A DNA stretch of 64,000 bases from Alphaproteobacteria bacterium (GTDB lineage: Bacteria > Pseudomonadota > Alphaproteobacteria > SP197): assembly GCA_965228895.1 (NCBI GenBank), contig OZ245842.1, forward strand, positions 1,568,001 through 1,632,000, given 5' to 3'. A model generated the notes under the pieces. The model made no database searches. It was not told the origin of the DNA and worked only from the letters and a program-made list of their open reading frames with translations. Below are positions 9,409 to 18,779 of this stretch, piece after piece (the first letter of the stretch is position 1; the number at the start of each line of letters is the position of its first letter). Made by a program: the position numbers and the translations under genes.

Positions 9409-10272
9409 TCAATGGGTGAACAGTACCGGTACGTCGGCCTTGTTCAGCATGAAACGCGTGGCGCCGCCCAGAATAAGCTGGCGCAGCTTACCCTGACTGA
9501 ACGCACCCATGACGATGAATGACGCGTTTTCTTCATGTGCGGTGCTCAACAGCGCTTCGCCGATATGGGTCCAATCGCCGGGCAGACGGTGGCTATGGCA
9601 CGTGATGCCATGGAGCGCGAGATAGGCGGTCAGCGCCTCGGCGCTTGGCCCGCGCATGGAGCTTTCCTCTGGGCACATGATGGCGACCGAATCGGCGCCC
9701 AGCAGTAACGGCATGGCGCGATGGACCGCACGTGCCGCTTCAGCGCTGCCGTTCCAGGCAATCGCCGCCGGCCCGTTCAGGTCGCCAGCCTTTCCCGGCG
9801 GCACCAGGAGCAAACCGCTGCCCGATTCCATCAAGACGGATTCCGCGACGACCTCTTCTTTGGCGTCGCCGGCCGCGCCGGGACGCGCCGCGATAACCAG
9901 ATCCGAGAGACGGCCGCGCTCGGCGATGACTTCGTCCTCACGTCCATCCTCGATATGAAAACTTGCCGAGACCTTGCCGGCGACCGGTTCGGTTGTCTGA
10001 TCAATTCCCAGGTCCTTGCACAAGGCCTGAAAGTCCTGTTGTGCGTGGTGCGACCGGTTGTCGATATCCTGTTCGGCGGTCGAGATGATTTCTTCAATCA
10101 CCGCGCCGGTCATGCCTTCGGTCATGAACGCCACCGCGTCGCGAGGATTGCGGCGAACGTTAATGACTTCGATGTGCGCATCATAGCGTTGGCCTAGGCG
10201 AAAGGCGGTTTCCATGGCCGCCCGCGCTTCAGGATCTCCGGACGCCGCCGCCAGGATCTTTGCGATTTTCAT
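9409..10272 (-). CDS. Tandem universal stress protein (UspA family)
   Basis: AIAWNGSAEAARA; IVMGAFSQGKLRQLILGGATR; VPVLFTH. Confidence 0.9.
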   Translation of the reverse strand: MKIAKILAAASGDPEARAAMETAFRLGQRYDAHIEVINVRRNPRDAVAFMTEGMTGAVIEEIISTAEQDIDNRSHHAQQDFQALCKDLGIDQTTEPVAGKVSASFHIEDGREDEVIAERGRLSDLVIAARPGAAGDAKEEVVAESVLMESGSGLLLVPPGKAGDLNGPAAIAWNGSAEAARAVHRAMPLLLGADSVAIMCPEESSMRGPSAEALTAYLALHGITCHSHRLPGDWTHIGEALLSTAHEENASFIVMGAFSQGKLRQLILGGATRFMLNKADVPVLFTH

Positions 10273-10314
10273 GAGCTGTCGCTCCGCACTGTCTCGTCTG
10301 CCCCACCCGCAATC

Positions 10315-11889
10315 CTAAGGCTCTTGGTCTTGCGTTACCACCTTCGGGTTGCCGCGAAGAACAGCTTTGGCGCGTGTCAGCGTTTCGGCAGGCGAACCGC
10401 CGGCATCGATGCGATGCCAATCAACCGTGCCGACATCATGCTTCGCTTGATGTGCGACAACGGCGGCATCGGCGTCGGAAGCATCGCCGTGGCGCAGGTC
10501 GATCCTTTCGCGCATGGCAGGCAACGGCGCCTCGAGCCAAAGGCCCGCGAACGCGACGGCGTGCTCACGGGCGACACGTTCGATGGCATTGCGTTCGTGG
10601 GCCTTGGCATAGACCGCGTCCGCGATCACCGGCCAACCCGCGGTCAGCAGGTCACCGGCAAACTTCAAGACCCGGTCATAGACCTTGCGTGTGATCTCGC
10701 TTTTGTAGGCCGCTTCGTCCAGCGGCATATCGAACGGCTGATCGAACACCATTTTCCGCAACACGTCGGACCGCAGGACGACGGCTCCGGGAACCGAGCC
10801 TGTTGATGGCGCCAGGCCGACAGCAAGGGTTGATTTGCCTGTGCCAGAGAGACCGCCGACCGCAAGAAGTTGGGGTGGGTCTGATGCCAGCAGTTCGGTC
10901 GCCAAGTGAAGGTAGCGCTGGGCGCGTCGAGCGACGTCCTGTCGTCCGGCCTCGTCGTGTTGCGCGTCGATACTCAGCGCCGACGTCTTGGCCCTGACGG
11001 CGGCGCGGCACGACAGGAAGAGTCTGAAAGCCGGCATGCCCGACCAGTCGCCGGTACGCCACAGATAGCGGTTAAGTGTCCGGTTCGCGTAATTCGGCAG
11101 ATCGCGTGCGATCAGGTCCATGACCAGGAAAGCGAGATCATACAGCACGTCGCAGCACGCGATACGGTCATCAAACTCAATGGCATCGAACAGTGTGGGT
11201 CGATCGTCGCTGAGGCAGATGTTCCGCAAGTGGAGATCGCCGTGGCAGTGCCGTACCTGGCCGCTGCGGCGTCGCGCCTCAATCAAGTCGCGTTGCGCGC
11301 CATATGCGGTCCGCGTCATGGTCGCCAGGCGCTCGACGTCGGCCTCAGAAAAGACATCGGGCGCGAACGAGGCGGTATCGGTTAGATTGCCGTCGATAAT
11401 CCAATCCATGCCCTCAGCGCCGCCCTGATCGGGACGCGGCTGGGCGACCGCATGGAGGCGTGCCACCGCGTCGGCGGCGCCGTCGATCAGGCCGTCTGTC
11501 AGGCGGCCGGTTTCGGCCATGCGATCGAACAGGCTGTCTTGATCGAAACGCCTCATCACGACGACGTAGTCCACCGGCTCGCCGTCGCCATCCATGGCCA
11601 GTCGGCCCGAAGCGTCGCGGGTGATTGCCTGAACGCCGAGATAGAGTTCCGGGGCCGTGCGCCGGTTGATTTCGATCTCTGCTTCGCAGGCTGCTTTGCG
11701 CTTTTCGCGTGTACCGTAGTCAAGGAAGGTAAACGTAACCGCGCGCTTCAGTTTGAGGGCGCGCTCTCCGCACAACGTGACGACGGCGCCATGCGTATCG
11801 ATGCGTTCGACCGCTGTCGAAGGCGGGGCGCCGAACGCCGCCGGCGATGCGATGAAGTCGATGACGTCGGACTGTCTATCCGCTGTTAT
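10315..11889 (-). CDS. Bifunctional aminoglycoside-phosphotransferase-like / P-loop (AAA_33) kinase; start codon apparently non-canonical
   Basis: CHGDLHLRNI, FDAIEF, GGLSGTGKST, RSDVLRK; family-like N-terminus (QSDVIDFI..ERIDTH) continues in frame 38 codons upstream of the TTG at 11775. Confidence 0.85.
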   Translation of the reverse strand: MTADRQSDVIDFIASPAAFGAPPSTAVERIDTHGAVVTLCGERALKLKRAVTFTFLDYGTREKRKAACEAEIEINRRTAPELYLGVQAITRDASGRLAMDGDGEPVDYVVVMRRFDQDSLFDRMAETGRLTDGLIDGAADAVARLHAVAQPRPDQGGAEGMDWIIDGNLTDTASFAPDVFSEADVERLATMTRTAYGAQRDLIEARRRSGQVRHCHGDLHLRNICLSDDRPTLFDAIEFDDRIACCDVLYDLAFLVMDLIARDLPNYANRTLNRYLWRTGDWSGMPAFRLFLSCRAAVRAKTSALSIDAQHDEAGRQDVARRAQRYLHLATELLASDPPQLLAVGGLSGTGKSTLAVGLAPSTGSVPGAVVLRSDVLRKMVFDQPFDMPLDEAAYKSEITRKVYDRVLKFAGDLLTAGWPVIADAVYAKAHERNAIERVAREHAVAFAGLWLEAPLPAMRERIDLRHGDASDADAAVVAHQAKHDVGTVDWHRIDAGGSPAETLTRAKAVLRGNPKVVTQDQEP

Positions 11890-11899
11890 GACGGCACCC

Positions 11900-12853
11900 T
11901 CAGTGGCTGGACGCGACGGGGCTATGGGGTTCTTCGTAACCCTCGGGGTCCTGGTGGATGATCACTTCGGCGCCCTTAAAGGCGTCGACGACCATGGCTT
12001 CGACTTCGTCGGAAAGCTCGTGGGCACGCACCAGCGATAGATGCGGATCCAGTTGCAGGTGAAACTGGATGAACGGTTGAATGCCCGAGCTGCGTGTTCT
12101 GAGGTCGTGTAGACCGCGCACTTCCGGGTGGCTCATGACGATGTCACGGATTTTTTGGCGGTCTTCGTCGGGAAACTCTCGATCCATCAGTAGGTCCAAC
12201 GAACGACGCGCCACCTTCCAAGAGCTCACCGCTATATAGATCGCAATCGCGATGGCGATCGCGGAATCGAGCCAGCGGATCCCCAACTCGCTGGCCGCGA
12301 CGAGCGCGACGATGACGCTGATGTTGATCATGATGTCCATGCGATAGTGCAGGGCATCGGCGGTGATGGCGGTCGATTGTGTGCGCTTGACAACGAAGCT
12401 CTGGAACAACACCAGGCCAATGGTCAGCACAATTGAGAAGACCATGACGGCAATGCCGATTTCGGTGTTTTCGATTGGCCGTCCGTTGCCCAACCGATGG
12501 ACCGCCTCGATGATGATGAAGACGCCGGAGCCGGCGATGAACGCGGCCTGAACCAGGCCGGCCAGGGGCTCTGCCTTGCCATGACCGAACCGATGTTCCT
12601 TGTCGGCCGGCTGCAGGGCGTGGCGAACGGCAAACAGATTGACCAGGGATGTGAACGCATCGAGCAGGGAATCGACGAGCGATGAGAGCAGGCTGACCGA
12701 GCCGGTCATGAACGCGGCGGCCAGTTTGGCGACAATCAAAACGGTCGCAACGGAGACCGAGGCGAACGTGGCCAGGCGCATTAACCGCGCCCCAGCGGCA
12801 TCGATGCGGCCTACGCCAACCGATGGTTTCTTGTCACCCGTTGCGTCCGTCAT
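11900..12853 (-). CDS. fieF: Cation diffusion facilitator transporter (FieF/YiiP-like)
   Basis: LVDSLLD, PADKEHRFGHGKAE, ADALHY, HDLRTR, IIHQDP. Confidence 0.85.
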   Translation of the reverse strand: MTDATGDKKPSVGVGRIDAAGARLMRLATFASVSVATVLIVAKLAAAFMTGSVSLLSSLVDSLLDAFTSLVNLFAVRHALQPADKEHRFGHGKAEPLAGLVQAAFIAGSGVFIIIEAVHRLGNGRPIENTEIGIAVMVFSIVLTIGLVLFQSFVVKRTQSTAITADALHYRMDIMINISVIVALVAASELGIRWLDSAIAIAIAIYIAVSSWKVARRSLDLLMDREFPDEDRQKIRDIVMSHPEVRGLHDLRTRSSGIQPFIQFHLQLDPHLSLVRAHELSDEVEAMVVDAFKGAEVIIHQDPEGYEEPHSPVASSH

Positions 12854-12866
12854 CGCGCTTTGTCCG

Positions 12867-13463
12867 CTATGGAAACAGCCGCGACGTCGTCCAGGGCCCG
12901 TCGTCGCCATCACGTTCAAACACAATGCGCTCATGCAGTCGAAACGGTTTTTCCGACCAGAACTCGATCAATCCGGGAACGATTCTAAACCCCGACCAAT
13001 AGGGTGGTCGCGGGATTTCACCGATGGCAAACTTTGCCGCGTACTTGGCGACGTTCTTCTCCAGGTCGTAGCGGCTTGCCATCGCCCGTGACTGTTGCGA
13101 TGCCCAGGCGCCGATTCGACTGTCGCGATGACGGGACTGGTAATAGGTGTCGGCCTCGGCCTCGGTGACGGCCTCAACACGTCCTTGGACGCGAACCTGG
13201 CGGCCCAGCGGCATCCAATAGAAGCACAGGGCCGCCTGTGGGTTTTCCTGGAGTTCACGACCCTTGCGGCTCTCGAGGTTGGTGAAAAAGACGAATCCGT
13301 CCGGGCCGTAGCCCTTTAACAGAACCATTCTAAGTGACGGCGCTCCGTTCTTGTCGGCGCTCGCCAACGCCATCGCGGTTGGTTCCTTCAGGCCGCAATC
13401 TTTGGCTTCGGCGAACCAATCGCCGAACACTTCGATGGGATCGCGCTCCTCAATAGATGGCAT
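12867..13463 (-). CDS. pdxH: Pyridoxamine 5'-phosphate oxidase
   Basis: RMVLLKG, FFTNLESRKG, SRIGAWASQQS, PRPPYWSG, RLHER, RLFP. Confidence 0.95.
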   Translation of the reverse strand: MPSIEERDPIEVFGDWFAEAKDCGLKEPTAMALASADKNGAPSLRMVLLKGYGPDGFVFFTNLESRKGRELQENPQAALCFYWMPLGRQVRVQGRVEAVTEAEADTYYQSRHRDSRIGAWASQQSRAMASRYDLEKNVAKYAAKFAIGEIPRPPYWSGFRIVPGLIEFWSEKPFRLHERIVFERDGDDGPWTTSRLFP

Positions 13464-13679
13464 GCTGAACTCTCCGCCGCCGCACCACGTGATAACCACA
13501 AGAAAACGTAGGATTTCTTGTGGTCAAACGTGATAGATACCGTCGTCGCCGTAGGTGCCTACGGTACGCCCGTGTTATGGTAATGCCTTGTTATGGCCGG
13601 ATTTCATCCGTAAGTCCAAAACGACCTTAGCCATGGGCGCATCGCCACTTCGGCGGAAATCTGAAGCGAGGGATTGGTT

Positions 13680-14147
13680 ATGATGAAATTAAAGCTGGCA
13701 GCGGTTCTGGTGGCGTTTTCGCTGGTCACCGCGTGCGAGGGTGCGGGCGGTAAAGAAACCGCTGGTACGCTTCTGGGTGGCGCCGGCGGCGCCCTTTTGG
13801 GCGCGCAGGTTGGCAGCGGCTCAGGACAGATTCTCGCTGCCGTGGCCGGTGGCCTGGCCGGCGCGTTCCTGGGCAACCAGATCGGCCAGTCGCTGGACCG
13901 GGCCGACAAGGCGTATGCGGAACAGGCGACCCAGCAGGCGCACAACGCGCCTATCGGTCAGACGATCGCATGGAACAACCCGGACTCGGGCAATTCCGGC
14001 ACCTACACGCCGGTTCGCGACGGTTATGACAGCGGTGGCGCCTATTGCCGGGAGTATCAGACCACGGTCACGGTCGGCGGCAAGGTCGAAGAAGCCTATG
14101 GCACGGCCTGCCAGCAGCCAGACGGTTCGTGGAAAGTGGTGAACTAA
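13680..14147 (+). CDS. 17-kDa surface antigen-like lipoprotein (glycine zipper, RT0821/Lpp0805 type)
   Basis: Lipobox VTAC; Gly-zipper; WNNPDSGNSG, YCREYQ, GTACQQPDGSW. Confidence 0.9.
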   Translation: MMKLKLAAVLVAFSLVTACEGAGGKETAGTLLGGAGGALLGAQVGSGSGQILAAVAGGLAGAFLGNQIGQSLDRADKAYAEQATQQAHNAPIGQTIAWNNPDSGNSGTYTPVRDGYDSGGAYCREYQTTVTVGGKVEEAYGTACQQPDGSWKVVN

Positions 14148-14167
14148 GCCATCTAACTTCCTACATT

Positions 14168-14207
14168 AGGGGCGGCGTCGGAACCTTCGGCGCCGCCCTT
14201 TCTGTTT
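14168..14207 (+). terminator. Rho-independent terminator
   Basis: GGGGCGGCGTCGGA-ACC-TTCGGCGCCGCCCT followed by TTCTGTTT. Confidence 0.75.
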
Positions 14208-14220
14208 GAGGAACCCCACC

Positions 14221-15180
14221 GTGCGTGATCCCTATGAGGTCCTGGGCGTCGACCGCAAGGCGAGCCAGGACGACATCAAAAAGGCCTATCGCAAGCTGGC
14301 GAAAAGCTCCCATCCCGACCTTCACCCCAACGACAAGGAGGTGGAAAGCCGGTTCAAGGACATTTCGGCGGCTTACGATCTGTTGTCGGACCCCGACAAG
14401 CGCGCGCGTTTCGACCGCGGCGAGATCGACGCCAGCGGTGCCGAGACGCCCCAGGGTTTTTACCGCTCCCAGGCCGGCGGCGATGATTGGAAGTACCGCG
14501 AGCGCTATGCCGGACCGTCTGGCTATGGCGACTTTGACGGCATGAGCCAAGACGAGGTCAACGACATCCTGAACGATCTGTTCGGCGGGCGGGCCCAGGG
14601 CGGTCGTGCACAGTCGGGTGGCGCGCCGCTTAAGATGCGCGGCGCCGACGTGAACTACAGTCTGAGAGTGAGTTTCCTGGAGGCCGCGCGCGGTGGCGCC
14701 AAACGCATCACGATGCCGGAAGGGCGCACCCTGGATGTCACCATTCCCGCCGGCATGGAGGACGGCAAGACCCTGCGTCTGGCGGGGCAGGGTGGTGAGG
14801 GTTTCGGCGGCGGCCCGTCAGGCGACGCCTATGTCACCATCCACATCGATCCCCATGGTTTTTTCGAGCGCAAGGACAACAACATTCATGTCGAACTGCC
14901 GGTGACGCTGCAGGAAGCCATTTTGGGCGCCAAAATCATGGTGCCGACCGTCGATGGTGAGGTGCAGATGACCGTGCCTAAGGCGTCCAACACCGGCAAG
15001 ACGATGCGGCTCAAAGGACGCGGTGTGATTGACCGTCGGTCGGGTCAGCGCGGCGATCAATACGTGAAGCTCAAGGTGGTTTTGCCCGATGAACCGGATG
15101 ATGCCTTGACCTCGTTTATCGACGTCTGGGCGCCCGACCACCCCTACGATCCACGCCAGCACATGGGGGTGAGCTCATGA
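14221..15180 (+). CDS. cbpA: DnaJ-class co-chaperone lacking the zinc finger (CbpA-like)
   Basis: J-domain with HPD, DnaJ C-terminal domain, no CxxCxGxG; GTG start after GAGG; followed by cbpM. Confidence 0.85.
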   Translation: MRDPYEVLGVDRKASQDDIKKAYRKLAKSSHPDLHPNDKEVESRFKDISAAYDLLSDPDKRARFDRGEIDASGAETPQGFYRSQAGGDDWKYRERYAGPSGYGDFDGMSQDEVNDILNDLFGGRAQGGRAQSGGAPLKMRGADVNYSLRVSFLEAARGGAKRITMPEGRTLDVTIPAGMEDGKTLRLAGQGGEGFGGGPSGDAYVTIHIDPHGFFERKDNNIHVELPVTLQEAILGAKIMVPTVDGEVQMTVPKASNTGKTMRLKGRGVIDRRSGQRGDQYVKLKVVLPDEPDDALTSFIDVWAPDHPYDPRQHMGVSS

Positions 15181-15503
15181 TGACGTTGGATGAACTGGTG
15201 ATCTCCGTGCGCGTCGAGCGACGCCATGTCACGAGCTGGGTCCAGGCCGGTTGGCTGTTGCCGGAAAGTGTCGAAGGCGACTGGACCTTCACCGATGTAG
15301 ACGTGGCCCGCGCGCGCCTGATCCGCGACCTCATCGACGCGTTCGAGGTGAACGACGCCGCGGTGCCGGTGATCCTGGATCTGATCGATCAGCGCCAGGC
15401 GCTGGAAGGTCGTATGCGCGATTTGTTTGCTGCGCTGGGCGAGGAGCCGGCGGCCGTCAGACGCGGTGTGCTGACCCGCTGTCTTATGCGTCGCGACGGG
15501 TGA
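15177..15503 (+). CDS. cbpM: Chaperone modulator CbpM (MerR-like)
   Basis: WVQAGWL.P, DVARARLIRDL, VILDLIDQ; ATGA overlap with cbpA. Confidence 0.85.
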   Translation: MMTLDELVISVRVERRHVTSWVQAGWLLPESVEGDWTFTDVDVARARLIRDLIDAFEVNDAAVPVILDLIDQRQALEGRMRDLFAALGEEPAAVRRGVLTRCLMRRDG

Positions 15504-15615
15504 CGGCGGCGGCACGCTGCTTTGCCGCTATCGGTGTTTCGTGTAGGATCGCCGCGGCAAAGGGGGGCAGCCGCAAGCCGGCGCTACCGTATCTGTAACT
15601 GAAGACGATGAGGGT

Positions 15616-16431
15616 TTGATGACCGAGCCACGCCCACTCATGGCGGGCAAACGCGGGTTGATCATGGGCGTGGCAAACGACCGCTCGATCGCCTGGGGCA
15701 TCGCGTCGGCGCTGGCTGACCATGGTGCCGAGCTTGCCTTTACCTATCAGGGCGAGGCCCTGGGAAAGCGCGTCATTCCGCTGGCCGAACGGGTGGGCAG
15801 CGATCTGGTCATCGAATGCGATGTCACCGATATGGCCAGTGTCGATGCGACGTTTGCCAAGTTGGAAAAGGCCTGGGACAGCTTGGACTTCGTTGTCCAC
15901 GCGATCGCGTTTTCGGACAAGGAAGAGCTCAAGGGCCGTTATGTCGACACGTCGCGCGACAACTTCCTCAGGACCATGGAAATCTCCTGCTACTCGTTCA
16001 CCGCTGTCGCACAACGCGCCGAAGCGATGATGAACGAGGGCGGCAGCCTGATCACGCTGACCTATTACGGTGCTGAGCGAGTCATGCCCCATTACAACGT
16101 CATGGGCGTGGCCAAGGCGGCGCTTGAGGCAAGCGTGCGATATCTGGCCGCCGATCTCGGCGAAAAGGCAATCCGCGTCAACGCGATCTCGGCCGGACCG
16201 ATCAAGACGCTGGCTGCGTCCGGCATCGGCGACTTCCGCTACATCCTGAAATGGAATCAGTACAACTCGCCGCTGGTTCGTAACGTCACGATCGATGAAG
16301 TCGGCGGCGCGGCGCTCTATCTGGCCTCCGATCTGTCGACGGCGGTGACCGGCGAGGTCCATCACGTCGACTGCGGCTACCATGTAGTCGGCATGAAGAA
16401 CCCGAAGGCGCCGGACATCACGGTCGTCTGA
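15616..16431 (+). CDS. fabI: Enoyl-ACP reductase FabI
   Basis: GVANDRSIAWGIA, YNVMGVAKAALE, ISAGPIKTLA. Confidence 0.97.
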   Translation: MMTEPRPLMAGKRGLIMGVANDRSIAWGIASALADHGAELAFTYQGEALGKRVIPLAERVGSDLVIECDVTDMASVDATFAKLEKAWDSLDFVVHAIAFSDKEELKGRYVDTSRDNFLRTMEISCYSFTAVAQRAEAMMNEGGSLITLTYYGAERVMPHYNVMGVAKAALEASVRYLAADLGEKAIRVNAISAGPIKTLAASGIGDFRYILKWNQYNSPLVRNVTIDEVGGAALYLASDLSTAVTGEVHHVDCGYHVVGMKNPKAPDITVV

Positions 16432-16461
16432 TGCTATCTCACTCACGTGGAACCTGCGCCG

Positions 16462-16524
16462 GCCCGCTCCCCCACCCGGCCACCCCGAGGATGCTGCCAT
16501 GGGTGGCCGGGTGGGGGAGCGGGC
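16462..16524 (+). repeat. Palindromic REP/MITE-like element, copy 1
   Basis: Perfect 24-bp inverted repeat around the loop CGAGGATGCTGCCAT (16486-16500). Confidence 0.9.
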
Positions 16525-16559
16525 TGATGATGCCAGCGAAGCGGGCGAGTACCTAAACC

Positions 16560-17630
16560 ATGGCTGGCAATAGCTTTGGTCATCTGTTCCGGTTCACGAC
16601 CTGGGGCGAAAGCCATGGGCCGGAGATCGGCGTTGTGATTGATGGCGTGCCGCCGCGCATTCCGTTGAATGAAGCTGACGTGCAGGCGTGGATGGATCGG
16701 CGCAAGCCCGGCCAGTCGCGTTTCACCACGCAGCGGCGTGAACCCGACGAGGTCAAGATCGTCTCCGGCGTGTTCGAAGGCGTTACGACCGGTACGCCGC
16801 TCGCCATGATCGTCGAGAACATGGACCAACGGTCCAAAGACTACGGTGACATCAAGGACAAATGGCGGCCCGGTCATGCCGACTTCACCTATGACGCCAA
16901 GTACGGCGTGCGCGACTATCGCGGCGGCGGGCGGTCAAGCGCCCGCGAGACCGCCATGCGCGTCGCCGCCGGCGCGGTCGCGCGCAAGGTGTTGGGCGAC
17001 GGCGTCACGATCAAGGGCGCCGTCGTGCAGATCGGCCCCTACAAGATCAACAGGGACCGCTGGGATTGGTCGGCGGTCGAAAAGAACCCGTTCTGGTCGC
17101 CGGATGCCCAGATGGCTGGCGAGTGGGAAGGTTTTCTGGACGGCGTCAGGAAACAAGGTTCATCCGCGGGCGCGGTGATCGAGGTTGTAGCCTCTGGCGT
17201 GCCGGTCGGCCTGGGCAGTCCGGTCTACGACAAGGTGGATGCCGATCTCGCCAAGGCCATGCTCAGCATCAACGCAGTCAAGGGCGTGGAGATCGGAGAC
17301 GGTTTTAAGCTCGCCGCCGAGCCGGGCGAGACCGCTGCTGATGAAATGCGCGTGGAAGGTGACACGCCGGTCTTTCTCTCCAACCACAACGGCGGTGTGC
17401 TCGGCGGCATCTCGACCGGTCAGGATGTCGTCGCGCGGTTCGCGGTCAAGCCGACCAGCTCGATCATGCATGAACGCCAGACAGTCGACCGCAACGGCAA
17501 CGAGACGACGGTGCAGGTCAAGGGCCGCCATGACCCCTGTGTCGGCATCCGTGCCGTACCGGTTGGCGAGGCGATGATGGCCTGCGTGCTCGCCGACCAT
17601 CTGTTGCGCCACAAGGCGCAGTGCGGCTAG
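16560..17630 (+). CDS. aroC: Chorismate synthase
   Basis: [31 protein letters not shown]. Confidence 0.98.
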   Translation: MAGNSFGHLFRFTTWGESHGPEIGVVIDGVPPRIPLNEADVQAWMDRRKPGQSRFTTQRREPDEVKIVSGVFEGVTTGTPLAMIVENMDQRSKDYGDIKDKWRPGHADFTYDAKYGVRDYRGGGRSSARETAMRVAAGAVARKVLGDGVTIKGAVVQIGPYKINRDRWDWSAVEKNPFWSPDAQMAGEWEGFLDGVRKQGSSAGAVIEVVASGVPVGLGSPVYDKVDADLAKAMLSINAVKGVEIGDGFKLAAEPGETAADEMRVEGDTPVFLSNHNGGVLGGISTGQDVVARFAVKPTSSIMHERQTVDRNGNETTVQVKGRHDPCVGIRAVPVGEAMMACVLADHLLRHKAQCG

Positions 17631-17654
17631 AGATTCTCGCTCGCGCGCATTCGG

Positions 17655-17725
17655 CACCGGCCCGCTCCCCTCCCGGCCACCCATGGCAGCATCCTCGGGG
17701 TGGCCGGGAGGGGAGTGGGCCGGTG
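17655..17725 (-). repeat. Palindromic REP/MITE-like element, copy 2 (loop reverse-complemented)
   Basis: 28-bp arms (one G-T pair) around ATGGCAGCATCCTCG (17683-17697). Confidence 0.9.
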
Positions 17726-17752
17726 ATGCGACTGAGCACGAAGTGCTACTAG

Positions 17753-18688
17753 TCAGAGGTTCCTAGGCGTCGCTTGCGCCATCTGACGCCGGCGTTCGCG
17801 CTCGCCGGTCAGTGTATCGCCGACCACGGCCGCCAGGACGAGGCCGCCACCGATCAGGGTGAACGGTCCGGTCGTCTCGCTGAAAGCGAACCACACCCAC
17901 AGTGGCCCCAGCACCACCTCTACGAGATTGAGCAGCGCGACCTCGGCGGCCGGCACGTAACGGGCGCCTACGGTGATGAAGTAACAGGCCAAGCCAAGCT
18001 GGAAGACGCCCAAGGCGACAGTCAGGCCAAGGTCATGCGCGGATAACGACAAGCCAACGCCGGTCACAACAAAACACATGAAAAGCGCCGCGATCGTGCC
18101 CAGCAGACCGCCAAAGGCGGCAACTGGCAGCATCTCGATGTTTGGTTTGGATCGCAACGCAACCAGAAAGACGGCCAGTCCCAGAGCAGCGGCGGCCGCC
18201 GCGACGTTACCCCACAGATGGCCGAACGAGATATTCTCAGCCACCATCACGGCCACGCCCACCAGCGACACGACAATCGCCAGCCACGTCGCCAGTCTGA
18301 CATGTTCGCCCAAGAACAGACGTCCCAGGATCGCGGCCATGAAGGGTGCGGCCGCCAGCAGGAACATGGCGTTGGCGACCGTTGTCGACTCAATGGCGAT
18401 GATGATGCCGCAGAATGCAACGGCGATGCTGACACCGCCGACAATCGTCGCACCGGCTGCCTGGCGAAACGTATTGAGGATCTGGCCGGGGTTGCGCCAT
18501 GCTATGATGATCAGCAAGAACACCATCATGGAAAAGGAGCGCAGGGCCAGAATCTGCCAGGCCGTCGCGTCCTCCATCATGCGGACGCCTAAACCCATCC
18601 AGGACGACGCCAACGCGCCCAAAAGGACGAGAACGATTCCTCGGCGATAGCCGCCGGAACGGGCCGGTTGGACCGCAACGACACTCAT
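17753..18688 (-). CDS. DMT/EamA family transporter
   Basis: About 10 TM helices; LGE, LEVVLGPLWVW-like EamA motifs. Confidence 0.9.
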   Translation of the reverse strand: MSVVAVQPARSGGYRRGIVLVLLGALASSWMGLGVRMMEDATAWQILALRSFSMMVFLLIIIAWRNPGQILNTFRQAAGATIVGGVSIAVAFCGIIIAIESTTVANAMFLLAAAPFMAAILGRLFLGEHVRLATWLAIVVSLVGVAVMVAENISFGHLWGNVAAAAAALGLAVFLVALRSKPNIEMLPVAAFGGLLGTIAALFMCFVVTGVGLSLSAHDLGLTVALGVFQLGLACYFITVGARYVPAAEVALLNLVEVVLGPLWVWFAFSETTGPFTLIGGGLVLAAVVGDTLTGERERRRQMAQATPRNL

Positions 18689-18779
18689 GCCGGCATCCTT
18701 TCGGAAAGCTGGGCTGGAACGCGCCCAAATGAGCGAGCGCAGGCTAGCCGCGCTCCGTCAGTCTGTCATGAGTTTCGGT

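Noticed and set aside
13549-13564. Inverted repeat CCGTAGG-TG-CCTACGG in the pdxH / lipoprotein divergent spacer
   Set aside because: Single short occurrence; it could be an operator, but nothing else supports it
15484-16500. ORFs beginning MAASSGWPGG (also 19705..20034)
   Set aside because: The shared N-terminus is simply the palindromic repeat read through its loop ATG; the remainder is antisense to fabI or the reductase fusion, and there is no RBS
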